Positions 18,401 through 25,305 are shown, counted from the stretch's first letter. The stretch: 64,000 nt of DNA from Chitinophagaceae bacterium (GCA_027486835.1 JAIXOJ010000031.1:23937-87936); one strand, 5' to 3'. Program-made: numbers and translations. The notes: generated by a model from the letters alone, not told the origin.

Positions 18401-21285
18401 CGGTTGACCAAACCATCACAGCTAGCACTGCCGAAACCTTCAATAACCTCACCATCAACAATACCAAATCGGGTGGGGGAGTGGTTAATCTTGCCGTGAG
18501 TAACCTTACTTTATCTGGAACAACCAATGCACTCACCCTTACTAGCGGAAAGCTATCCTTGGGGTCAAGCAACCTTACCCTCAATAGTACTGGAGTCATT
18601 AATAGTGTGTCTGCTACAAATTATATTGTTGCAAGCGGCTCTGGTAGATTGGTAAGAAAAGCAGTAACCAGTGCAACCATTTTCCCAATAGGCACCGCTA
18701 CTAGTTATACCCCAATTACGGTAACGAACAACACAGCCTCAGATATAAGCGTGGGTGTAAGCCCTACCATCACCAATGCAGTTTCTGATTACTCCAAAAT
18801 TGTCAATTTACAATGGTCTGTTGCTTCGGCTTCTGCTACAACTTCTAGTACTTTATTGTATCAATTCAATACGGCTGACCAAGCTGCTTCTTTCTTAGTG
18901 GGCAATAGTTGTGAATTGGGCTATTATTCCAATGCTTATTCTGTAAGTACACTTGGAATACCTACTTCTCTTGGGTCAGGTGCTTATACACTCAATAAAT
19001 CTTCTTTAGCATTTGCTGCTGGAACTACTTATTTGTCTGTATTGGGTAATGTGAATGCTATTTCAAACAATTGCACAATTGGTACTTATGTGGGTGCAAA
19101 TGGGGGAGATGCCAATGCTGCTGGGAACTGGTGCGGAGGTGTGCCTACTGCGGCTACCAATATTATTATTGCTACCAATGCCCCTAGGTTAACAGCCAAC
19201 TTGTCAGTAAATAACATCACAAACAATGCAGGTATTCAATTGAACGGCTTTGCGCTCACCGTTAATGGAAACCTAATTGGTGCTGGTACCATAACTGGTT
19301 CGCCTACGTCTAGTTTGGTGGTGAAGGGTACAGGAACCCTTTTGTTGGATCAGTCCACCAATGGTACTACCAATGTGTTGAGTAATTTGACTATTAATAG
19401 CAGTGGAACAGTTACCCTAGGTAATGCGCTTCAAATAAAAAATGCAGTGTTTCCTACGGCTGGTGTTTTAGCTACTGGGGGTAATCTTACCCTATTGTCA
19501 AGTGCAACGGGTACTGCTCGCTTTGCTCAGGGCAATGTTAATGGTGGTTATGTTACAGGTAATATTACCACACAAGCATTCATTCCTGCAAAAGCGGCTA
19601 GAAAATATAGTTTCATTGGAAGCCCTGTTAGCCAATTGATAAGCAATGCTTGGCAGCAGCAAGTATATATTACTGGTGCTGGTTCGGGCGGTACTACCTG
19701 TGGTACTGGTGGTACACAATATAACAGTAATGGATTCGACAAAACCCTGACTAATACACCAAGTATGTTTACCTATAATGTAGCTCCTGTAAATGGTACA
19801 CGATGGGTATCCATTCCAAGCACCAATGCTACCAACCTCGCTCCGGGTAAAGGCTATCGCATCAATATTAGAGGTGACAGAAACCAAGGCACATGTAACG
19901 ACCAATTAAATAGCAACTCTCCTGCTGCGCCTACCAGTGTGGTGTTGAGTGCTACGGGTGCATTAACACAAGGCAACTTTGCAGTAACCCTTAACGATAC
20001 AGCCCAACATTTATACACTTTATTGGCAAACTCTTACCCCAGTCAAATTAGCTTTTCGGCTTTTAAAGCGGACAATTCCGCCATCAATAATAAAATGTGG
20101 ACGTATAGCCCATTGGGTAATGGCAATTACACCACCTATTCTAATGGCATCATTACCAATGCGGTAAGTGGTTACACCGATACCAATGGCGATTACATTG
20201 CCATTGCACAAGCGTTTTTTGTGGAGGCCAACAAAACAGGTACTACGGTTACTTTCCGCGAAACACATAAAGTGGACTCTGCTATCCCCAACTTTAATTA
20301 TTTCGGCACCGCCAATGCACACTTGTTACGCCTTGGCATGTACGCAACCAATGATTCGTTACTCGATGAAACGGCAGTGCGATTCAACCAATACGGTGGG
20401 GCAGATTATCAGCAAGCATGGGATGCCATTTCTTTTAGTGGAGGCAACCAATCCCTTGCAAGCCTCAAGGGGGCTACTGCTTTGGCCATTGCAACACATA
20501 GCGACACGCTACAGATAGACACCATCCATCTAGCAGTTCGCAGCAGCACTTTAGGTAATTTCCAATTGAAATTAAAAGATTGGAGTGGATTTGATGCCGC
20601 TACTTCCTTATTGCTCAAAGACAATTTCTTAGGCAATGTCCATAATCTCTTGGTGAATCCAGTGTATGATTTTACCGTAACCTCCGATACGGCTAGCAGT
20701 GGAAAACGACGTTTTGAGTTATGGTTTAATAAAACGGGCACATTACCTGTTCGTTTTGTAGCGGTTAACGGCAAGCGGGAAACTGGCAAGGCCATCATAC
20801 ATTGGAAAGTTGCCGACGCTGCTCGTCTTAGCCAATTTGTACTAGAGAAAAGGCAGGAGTCTGGTCAATTTTTTCCCATCACTACTGTATTAGCCACCCA
20901 AGCCACTGACTATGATGCAGTTGATTTGCAACCAAATAATGGGCTAGATCAGTACCGCATTAAAGCCTTGGATTTGGATAGGAAAGCCTATTACAGCCCC
21001 ATCATACAATTAACTGGCCGCGACAATGTGCCTAGCTTTAAGATTTACCCAACAGTAGTTGCTAGTCAGCAGTTACAATTGCACATTAATGACCAAGCTT
21101 CTGGCGAGGCCATGATAGATATGGTAGATGTTTTAGGCAAAATAGTATGGCGTAAGGCTGTTCGTTACACCGTTGGTGCAACCACTCAGGTGTTATCATT
21201 ACCACAGGTAGCTACAGGTACTTATCAGGTACGAGTTACTCAACAAGGCAGCCTTCGCTCCACCACCTCAATTGTGGTGCAATAA
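9427..21285 (+). CDS. Giant (3952 aa) T9SS-secreted surface protein (paralog 2). Order: signal peptide, LamG/concanavalin-like N-terminal region, heparinase II/III-like (alginate-lyase superfamily) region, long beta-helical-like Thr/Asn/Gly repeats, IPT/TIG-like segment, shared pre-CTD module, type-A T9SS CTD
   Basis: One uninterrupted 11.86-kb ORF. The N-terminus MKVMFTRLLVLLCCLYATNVVAQ is a signal peptide. An HPRIF... segment parallels HPRVLV... of the separate heparinase-like ORF at 49300. GGGHTYANKNEILYSALGRIWF resembles the HxHxD..G..l core of that family. The C-terminal FKIYPTVVASQQLQLHINDQASG...YQVRVTQQGSLRSTTSIVVQ is a CTD. Confidence 0.85.
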   Translation: MKVMFTRLLVLLCCLYATNVVAQYYPGGMSKSKINLWFDASDTATLTKSSGLITSWKDKSNNLSAAQATTSRQPILTSLNGKNIVEFNGTQGLDIAYNSLLVPNQGFNVAQVLYVYADAPTNVTDFRSGTFSTNSGNTGSPYIGVRYVVVDGKYEIAANRNNTGYYYSQYEDLRGKWAMASTTCNAANSKVNFYYNGAGTLSSTVSGYVNNNTGGAIGNRFGNYSAIHWGVSETVLAGYDAKNSGRRIIDLYLATKWGMRDTLQNSYGNLYAPLDGAFTNNLVGIGIESAGDTTNETGSNNGLGLQNINGVTGFLRKEGSYVLAADNGLSGNVTMATGITRWNRSWYVNKTDVSGYGGLLKIVFDFTSYGQANALDTVNNNYYLLYNPTNGYYNSDSNYLVTVKSYQQVAGTKQLAFLLDGIDVKNGFYTLVYAPKNGSMAALPNLASFVAASVSVSPSPTIPSVYSGNTFNYVQIDSSAITYPVAYYKIYASVNGGTLTAIDSTNGTTNYYGHYNLTNGNTYLYKISAVYAPGKESALSDSAIGIPNNNTPQWLILPQYSESGKIFMAAAAPLSGLPLKFSFENVAGGGHSSGFQRASQFTDSLLTDGNTYSYRYRFMDTVIGAASLSGWSTTQSVLMTDSIQGGYTYNMTYLDPTTPFAPYGIGPANILPSNQDVTGLRFIKHVPAVGQHPRIFCSPSDSTEIRYRLKNTSAGVAASRFIHAYTTLLQLGNSGYNRNTFYSRDTLGNIYFSNVGATDSKALYDSLALGDIGVTNNYSNLWGGNYAKMAYNFSHEAMECWIYRNQIDTVTNTSYATRAKKLATALTVWAKKVVADNTIVPNLNMSNFGGLHNAIAYDFLYDQMTKNQQDTIRMAILKTLPDSSKEHGCWAPSYTTTTNWATFGGEITCNIAVEGEPGYSAKDSGLLRGWVKTVWNFLTYGVYPTGNMYEGIGKNRLNEFLLIAMAKRGYSVLGHPNIRAYAQKYLPAVVQPFGYSLIGTDILGGTGTGSPSTGGWKHTFMDIGGLKWAFPADSSVDFIWKNVMQRQYANQPGITNNYYAYNNTTCADNYGAGFNTHIPGLIFASNYFSAPVTSYAKAALGNNKFYFDSLGGQAVMRSGFDSTSSMVFFACRQDGGGHTYANKNEILYSALGRIWFPRVTTIASNQTVFDVVSTTQVSNAVLVNDLGVSPDTGTSWTSGIVPGKMVHFQKTDSIMTIAGDATKAYSYQWNSGPFGGYLYDNPLLSPPSVTKVTDSWNKYRYSPYYSFDNTVMYNRLSFTDNFTPPYYYVRTVERPYFNGLMKKVFRTVSLIQATNPYVIVADDVQKDNASSNYKWITPIAPDLSVDTTYANLSNNNYQFDVVLKEPTATGNRRLLIRLLNANGAISSTIAGTIDSSTYSATGLRRFKMEANAVDPQFKVLLFPFQKGDALPVTTWSADKSKVYVTNAGVTNTISFSLDSAGRTNILLNSSDTGINWTGAVSRAWHNTGNWATGKIPTATDNVVIPSVGITNMPLVSTAIAYANKISIQSGATLTIDSVLQLSGDLTLLGTINGTGTLKTTSNSTNPIPAGQTWNVNIEYNKTTGLQTLVGGTYKGLSVNATTTGSTFTAAANLVVNGILNIANNNTLNMGAYTLLGSFTNATGKGILLTQSTSNPCLASNVTWAGQVQFNSFSGPQYVPVGTYQNLNINTTSFGTITATGNISVVDTLKLATKATLDLGTNLLGGTLKIVSGNGTLKTANTTSTGALPPNATWAGNVVYYSSSTQTVAPGTYVSLDLSGGNNGARILGGSNYPSATINLTGSLVATTGTVTPLLTTVIFKGNQQTVPAMQFYNLDLTGGFATQFVNAPVYVSNVFTPASITDAGGIGTIVFNGTGAQNVPSFGYNGLTLTNARTGNISIPSTITLTGNLSLAGLSFTSGSLSFSGNTINMSGTAAQTIDGNAAIPYNNINITNTAANITATTDISINGALVINSGATLDMGTGQLLGTNITNNGTIRTQNTSTNPIPSGISYGGTVRYNSTTGTQNILATTYNNLDISGGTTAGRILPNGGIITITGNYTPNTAGTLTTTGSTVLFTGSNAQSIASATSFANLQLNKTNTATALTFNGTVSVNGLLSLTRGRITTSISAGLILASSATISGGSSTAYIDGPLTRTVVVGSNVYPYPIGIYNASTDYFLPDTLTAASAAGNVTIAAFNGSTGGTPDGTTVTSISTNEYWRVSSSVANTIGITITPITLGSNRVIAQGSSSSTPAATYSFKGGAFTNTSINTTGLSLTANTNAFLVAAVATLTAPTITAVSSCVPLIAANNFFARDTINITGTGFESGSVVTVGGQPATVVSNAGVPTTLRVLVSGSAATNIITVSNGGGTTTSAIATLIPGYATRNDGSWNTGSTWLGGAVPPVNNAVTISNTLTLASSVVNIGNMTINSSASVSAGGIGMTFNAGITITNNGAFSSSNTVTFNGVATISGINAITFNNVTTASALTFTTAPTINGNLTLNSGASILGNSPTYGGSATLAYNTGATTQVGVEWAAGLASGAGVPQNVTIGAAVGNTVVSFGTSNTYRQLNGALTISAATTGNGLILSTVSGGDLRVAGASGISATQTATNAYGNVPGGLVCNGRMVFFVAASGAQSLTGPATGNPLSLDYLTIGTNSSSTNSINIGSDLAITAINGGAPIIQTNLPTSSVSGGTYINANNSAVSTRNVTLGTVGQTCTGTAYIRGGGSNPASVTINGNGTGTLNLNIDFGGGNSNVNTLTISNANVALAAALTVKGAFNLNSGSFDVGAFSFSPNSTSTIGGTLNLSSVTGTKTFTGLVTINSGGIWNNTGNSAVTFQGGITNNGTFNAGTGTQTFNTNNQALAGTITCANLTVTSPTVLTNNGTLTVSTALSGTGTLTQGVSDVLNLNGTYTITTINATATDNTVNFNGAAAQTIPANSYYHLGIGGTRNNNTNVTLASGTINIAGNYTRTAVFSGTGKLDAATGTLVFNGTVDQTITASTAETFNNLTINNTKSGGGVVNLAVSNLTLSGTTNALTLTSGKLSLGSSNLTLNSTGVINSVSATNYIVASGSGRLVRKAVTSATIFPIGTATSYTPITVTNNTASDISVGVSPTITNAVSDYSKIVNLQWSVASASATTSSTLLYQFNTADQAASFLVGNSCELGYYSNAYSVSTLGIPTSLGSGAYTLNKSSLAFAAGTTYLSVLGNVNAISNNCTIGTYVGANGGDANAAGNWCGGVPTAATNIIIATNAPRLTANLSVNNITNNAGIQLNGFALTVNGNLIGAGTITGSPTSSLVVKGTGTLLLDQSTNGTTNVLSNLTINSSGTVTLGNALQIKNAVFPTAGVLATGGNLTLLSSATGTARFAQGNVNGGYVTGNITTQAFIPAKAARKYSFIGSPVSQLISNAWQQQVYITGAGSGGTTCGTGGTQYNSNGFDKTLTNTPSMFTYNVAPVNGTRWVSIPSTNATNLAPGKGYRINIRGDRNQGTCNDQLNSNSPAAPTSVVLSATGALTQGNFAVTLNDTAQHLYTLLANSYPSQISFSAFKADNSAINNKMWTYSPLGNGNYTTYSNGIITNAVSGYTDTNGDYIAIAQAFFVEANKTGTTVTFRETHKVDSAIPNFNYFGTANAHLLRLGMYATNDSLLDETAVRFNQYGGADYQQAWDAISFSGGNQSLASLKGATALAIATHSDTLQIDTIHLAVRSSTLGNFQLKLKDWSGFDAATSLLLKDNFLGNVHNLLVNPVYDFTVTSDTASSGKRRFELWFNKTGTLPVRFVAVNGKRETGKAIIHWKVADAARLSQFVLEKRQESGQFFPITTVLATQATDYDAVDLQPNNGLDQYRIKALDLDRKAYYSPIIQLTGRDNVPSFKIYPTVVASQQLQLHINDQASGEAMIDMVDVLGKIVWRKAVRYTVGATTQVLSLPQVATGTYQVRVTQQGSLRSTTSIVVQ

Positions 21286-21532
21286 ATTAGGTGAACAAAG
21301 GTGCTATCCAATAATTTCAAGGCCATTATTGGTCATAGATGATTGGATAGCACCCACAGCCTTTATTGATTATTAGCATTATAGTACCAGGGTACATATT
21401 TATTGACATGTATTTGCAAAGGGAGCGTAGGAATTAGCCATGCCAAAATGGTGAAAAAAATAGTTTATTTGAAGACTTGCTTAAGAAATAGAAATACTGG
21501 GCAAGAAATAAAAATTTTAAAACAGATATAAA

Positions 21533-21787
21533 ATGACAACAAAAGGAATCATTGCAACAGTAGTAATTGCCAGTATGATAGTGGCACAGCCATTAATGGC
21601 ACAGTTTAGTGGTTCTGGGCCATCCACTTTAGCTCCCCCCATACCGCCCCCCCCACCACCAGTACCAGAAGTTCCTTTCGATGGTGGAATGAGCATTGTA
21701 TTACTTGCCAGTGGGATAGGCTATGCTTCAAAAAAATTAAAACAGCTTAAAGGCACACCAAACCAAGATACCAGTTTCATCGGCTAA
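21533..21787 (+). CDS. Mini-protein A: signal peptide + Pro-rich linker + conserved C-terminal PFDGG–TM helix–KK motif (putative sorting/anchor signal)
   Basis: 84 aa: MTTKGIIATVVIASMIVAQPLMAQ | FSGSGPSTLAPPIPPPPPPVPEVP | FDGGMSIVLLASGIGYASKKLKQLK. It lies 247 bp downstream of giant gene 2. The gene at 55126 shows near-identity in the C-terminal 22 residues. Confidence 0.6.
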   Translation: MTTKGIIATVVIASMIVAQPLMAQFSGSGPSTLAPPIPPPPPPVPEVPFDGGMSIVLLASGIGYASKKLKQLKGTPNQDTSFIG

Positions 21788-21792
21788 ATAAA

Positions 21793-21835
21793 TGGGCTAA
21801 TGCCATGCACATACAATGTGCATGGCATTAGCCCA
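21793..21835 (+). terminator. Perfect 19-bp-stem hairpin (gggctaatgccatgcacat / acaa / atgtgcatggcattagccc) directly after the mini-protein A stop
   Basis: Exact inverted repeat read from the sequence. No strong T-run follows, so it may be a terminator or an RNA-stability element. Confidence 0.5.
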
Positions 21836-21854
21836 AATTATTGCTTTACGAAAA

Positions 21855-21955
21855 AGTCGGTTTCTAGATACGCTGTGGGTAATTCCCCTCTTGAGGGGTG
21901 GCGGAACGCCGGGGTGGCAATTCCGCACAAGTTATACAACTAGGAAACATTGGCT
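21855..21955 (+). repeat. Structured ~100-bp repeat element, copy A (two hairpins: cccctc-tt-gagggg and ggcg-gaa-cgcc; conserved ggggtggcaattccgcacaagt core)
   Basis: About 85% identical to copy B at 27605..27715. The second hairpin differs by two compensatory double substitutions. Confidence 0.6.
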
Positions 21956-22126
21956 TCCAATCTCTTGCTCTGCTGATAATACTCTTCACTTGAAGGAGAA
22001 TATGGTTCTTATTTGAGCGATTGGCAAAACAGCACAATAACCACCCTCATCCATGAGTTTTATAAATGCCTATTACAACCATTTACTGAATTAGATAATT
22101 GTTTGTTTTTTAAAAGGCGTTATCAA

Positions 22127-22684
22127 TTAATTGATAAAGTCTTCCACATTGGGCATTTTCTCGAGTTGGTTATTTAATTTCTCTTCCATTTGCGAAAAGG
22201 TTTCATTTCCATTTAAAACTTTGGAAGCATATTCGTACGGATATAGGGATAATACAACTCCATTTTTGTTATATTTTAAGGTCATACCTCTTAATGGATA
22301 TTCTGGTTTTTCATCTTTATATAGTTTAAAACCATACTTTTTAATCAGAAAGTCGCTAAATGAAATAGCTAAAAACAAAGTTGCCTGTGCCTCGCCAAGT
22401 TGATAAGCTTTACAATACAATACAAATCCAAAACCTGCTTGGTCTGTCTGGTCAAGATTATTTGGGTGATTGATTGGGTCTTCCATTTTTCTTGTAATCT
22501 TATTGGCAATAAAATAACCTTCAACCATTTTTAAGCAACCATCAAGCATTTCAGCATCAATATTATCCTCTCTATATCTTTTTTCAAAATATTCGGTTGT
22601 GTGGATTCCATCAATGTTTAAACCTTCCTTTTCCGTTTCTTCTTCTTTCTTAGTTGAAAAGAATAGTTTTCTAAAAAAACTCAT
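22127..22684 (-). CDS. Hypothetical protein (185 aa)
   Basis: Clean ORF convergent with the mini-protein gene. No recognisable motifs. Confidence 0.45.
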   Translation of the reverse strand: MSFFRKLFFSTKKEEETEKEGLNIDGIHTTEYFEKRYREDNIDAEMLDGCLKMVEGYFIANKITRKMEDPINHPNNLDQTDQAGFGFVLYCKAYQLGEAQATLFLAISFSDFLIKKYGFKLYKDEKPEYPLRGMTLKYNKNGVVLSLYPYEYASKVLNGNETFSQMEEKLNNQLEKMPNVEDFIN

Positions 22685-22839
22685 ACTGTTTGTTTATAAT
22701 TTCTATTGATTAAATGTTTGGCGTTAACGAAGGCTTCCAATTTCTTTTCCACTATGGTATTAACCCTATCGTTGCAATATTCCCCCTTTTTTGTTTAAAA
22801 TAAAGATGCATTGCTGAACTTGCCGGACAGCAGCAATAA

Positions 22840-23721
22840 CTACCAATTCAATGCCTCTGGAATTTGATCAAACAATTTTTTCCAATTACGGTCTTCTGTC
22901 TTGTATAAGACCGTTTTTATAGCATACCAAACTGAAGGGTGTTGATAATTTTGGATATAAGCTCTATAGCTTTCTTTAATTTCATTTTTTATATGCTCTA
23001 GTGGTCGTGTAAAATCGAAACGTCCTTCGTTTGGTCGTAGTACTTCTTGAAGTTCTTCTATTGTCTTTGAGTTTGATATTCTCACAATTCTTTCCAAGCA
23101 ATCATAGTAATGATTTGCAGCACTTTTTCTTGCTGCTACTAACACATCCCTTTCATTCAATTCTAAAATACGAAGTGTATAATTGGCTTTATTGAAACTT
23201 TTTTTGTCTTCTTCGGTGGAAATAATTATTTCGAATCGATGGGTGTAGGGGTTCAACACCATAAAATCATTCGGATTTTCTGTCCTTGGATTGATGAATG
23301 CAATTTCATTATGCGGAGGTTTATTCCCACGTTCCGTTTTTGTTACGCTATTGTCTGTAGCGTTGATAACATAGCATTTGTCTAGTTTAAATCCTGAATT
23401 ACAGGTCTTGCAAGCCAAGAGATAATTATCCCATACAAAAGCATGTTCAGGAAAGAATGATTTTGGATAAATATGTTCTATATCCCCTGCCTCATTTTGC
23501 TCACAATAATTACAAACACCCGTAAAAACGCACAAGTCAAATAATTCGCTTTTGATCGTTTCAAATGCCGCTTTTGTTAGTCCTGAACTTTTTGCATTCC
23601 AAAGGGCTTTTGCTTTTGCAGCCTGCTGTTCAAAGGTGGTTTCAGCATTTATTTGAGCTTGCAAATCAGCTAAGGTTTTCTGCGTATTGGCATCTAAGGT
23701 TTTAGTTAGCAATCGAATCAT
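22840..23721 (-). CDS. HNH-nuclease-motif protein, PtuB-like partner of the upstream ATPase (Septu-like)
   Basis: Carries CNYCEQNEAGDIEHIYPKSFFPEHAFVWDNYLLACKTCNSGF, a CxxC...H...P...N...CxxCN HNH pattern. Its start overlaps the ATPase stop by 20 bp. Confidence 0.65.
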   Translation of the reverse strand: MIRLLTKTLDANTQKTLADLQAQINAETTFEQQAAKAKALWNAKSSGLTKAAFETIKSELFDLCVFTGVCNYCEQNEAGDIEHIYPKSFFPEHAFVWDNYLLACKTCNSGFKLDKCYVINATDNSVTKTERGNKPPHNEIAFINPRTENPNDFMVLNPYTHRFEIIISTEEDKKSFNKANYTLRILELNERDVLVAARKSAANHYYDCLERIVRISNSKTIEELQEVLRPNEGRFDFTRPLEHIKNEIKESYRAYIQNYQHPSVWYAIKTVLYKTEDRNWKKLFDQIPEALNW

Positions 23722-25036
23722 CGGTACTTAGTATTTGTAGTAACTCATGCCTTTCGTTTTCTTCCTCGTTAGTGATTTTGCCAAGTGCCGATAACACGTT
23801 TAGTCTTCCCAAACGTTCCAGTTTTTCAGCAGATTTAGCAGACCGCACTGCCTCTTTGCCAAATAACTCCGTACCGTAAGCATCTAGTATGTTGCCATAA
23901 ATGAGCTTTTCTTTTTCAGTTCCCGTAATTTCATTGATAACTACCGCCCCGTTTGCAGCTTCCAATCGCCAGATACTCCCCTTATCACAAGCACGGCATA
24001 TCAAAGGGCTATGTGTTGTTACGATAAATTGTAAATCGGGAAAATGTTGTGTAAACCAACCACCTATTTTGGTTTGCCAGCTTGGATGCAAGTGGGCATC
24101 TACCTCATCTATCAAAACAACCCCAGGCAGTTTTATTTGATTGGTAGCTGCTAAATCTTTAAACACCGGTTCATGACCAAAAGTAATAATCAGCTGACGA
24201 ATCAATTCAAAAGTCAAACTAAGAATAGAACGAAAACCATCACTTAATTGCGTAACAGGAAAATTATTACCAGATGCATCTTTAAAAATGGGCAGTTCAT
24301 CCACTTTTTCAAACCTTACCCCATTTGGCAGCAATCCACTTTTATTTACAAAATGTTTTATGTTATCTAAAATAATACCCGATTCAGATTCCTCTAGGCC
24401 ATATTCCTTTTCCTTTAGCCGTTTATAATCAAGGCTTTTTATCCAAGCTAGCACTTCGGTTAATGCAGCACCTTCATCAAAAACGCTTAAGTGCGCGCCA
24501 ACTTTAGGTGACGAAAGATACACTTTGTCTAATTCTGGATTTCCTCCAGTAAATCTTCTAAAGGAACCAAAGCCTGCCGAGAACCATCCTTTGCCAGTAC
24601 CCCAGTTGTAATTATTTTCTTTATCTGGGTGTTTTATAGATTTCAAATTTGCATCCCCAATTTCAAAATTATAATTATCACGTAGTATTACTTTTTTGTC
24701 AGTATCAATAAAAAGAATCGCATTGCAAATAAGATCTAACTCTTCTATATTTGTTTTGCTTTTACCTGTATTTTCATCGATTTCTTTATCAGTAGTAATA
24801 AAAACACATGTACTCCCAAACGCTTCCCCCTTTCTTAACCATTCATTCCAATCAGCACGGATAGCATGAGCTTCAATAGGACCAATCAAGGCCAATGAAA
24901 CTGCTTTTATGAAAGTAGATTTACCAGAACCATTGTCTCCAATCAATACATTCCATCCCGCATAATGGGGATGAAAGTCGATTGTAAGGGCTTCAATTAA
25001 TCCAATATTTAAAAGCTTTACTCTATCTATATACAT
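23702..25036 (-). CDS. ABC/SMC-like ATPase of the AAA_15/AAA_21 (OLD/RecF-like) family, PtuA-like
   Basis: Has Walker A GDNGSGKST, ABC signature LSDGFRSILSL, Walker B VVLIDEVDAHLHP and H-loop VTTHSP. 444 aa, immediately upstream of the HNH gene. Confidence 0.7.
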   Translation of the reverse strand: MYIDRVKLLNIGLIEALTIDFHPHYAGWNVLIGDNGSGKSTFIKAVSLALIGPIEAHAIRADWNEWLRKGEAFGSTCVFITTDKEIDENTGKSKTNIEELDLICNAILFIDTDKKVILRDNYNFEIGDANLKSIKHPDKENNYNWGTGKGWFSAGFGSFRRFTGGNPELDKVYLSSPKVGAHLSVFDEGAALTEVLAWIKSLDYKRLKEKEYGLEESESGIILDNIKHFVNKSGLLPNGVRFEKVDELPIFKDASGNNFPVTQLSDGFRSILSLTFELIRQLIITFGHEPVFKDLAATNQIKLPGVVLIDEVDAHLHPSWQTKIGGWFTQHFPDLQFIVTTHSPLICRACDKGSIWRLEAANGAVVINEITGTEKEKLIYGNILDAYGTELFGKEAVRSAKSAEKLERLGRLNVLSALGKITNEEENERHELLQILSTDDSIAN

Positions 25037-25305
25037 TAAGTACCAATTTAAAATTCGTGATATTTTTTCTCAACTTGATTACAAGTTCTTTAATTTGGTA
25101 AAGAAAAGCGATTTATTGCTTTGTGAGATTATTGGGGTAATAAAAGAAAAAAGCCCTGGGCGAAATCTTTGCCTTGTGCATCTCTCCCAAATATTCAAAT
25201 CCTATTTTTAAAAGGCAACACCAAACCTAATTCGAATAACACCTTTCTATTTCCAAATAAGCCCCAGCAGCAGGTTTGCGACAGCAATAGCCCTAAAACG
25301 CCGAT

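Noticed and set aside
137-20798. Numerous 60–200-aa antisense or alternative-frame ORFs inside the giant genes (e.g. 17586..18143 -, 13698..14126 -, 41765..42343 -)
   Set aside because: They are embedded in long, clearly coding Thr/Gly/Asn-rich frames. Their translations are Val/Pro/Ala-rich, as expected for the reverse complement of ACN/GGN-rich codons. These are shadow ORFs.
21816-22016. 66-aa and 69-aa ORFs (here and at 27527..27736) with similar peptides (WVIPLLRGGGTPGWQFRTS / WTIPLSRGAQRAGWQFRTS)
   Set aside because: The similarity reflects the shared ~100-bp DNA repeat. Differences between the copies are compensatory for hairpin base-pairing rather than synonymous or conservative for protein. 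They were treated as a structured non-coding element.
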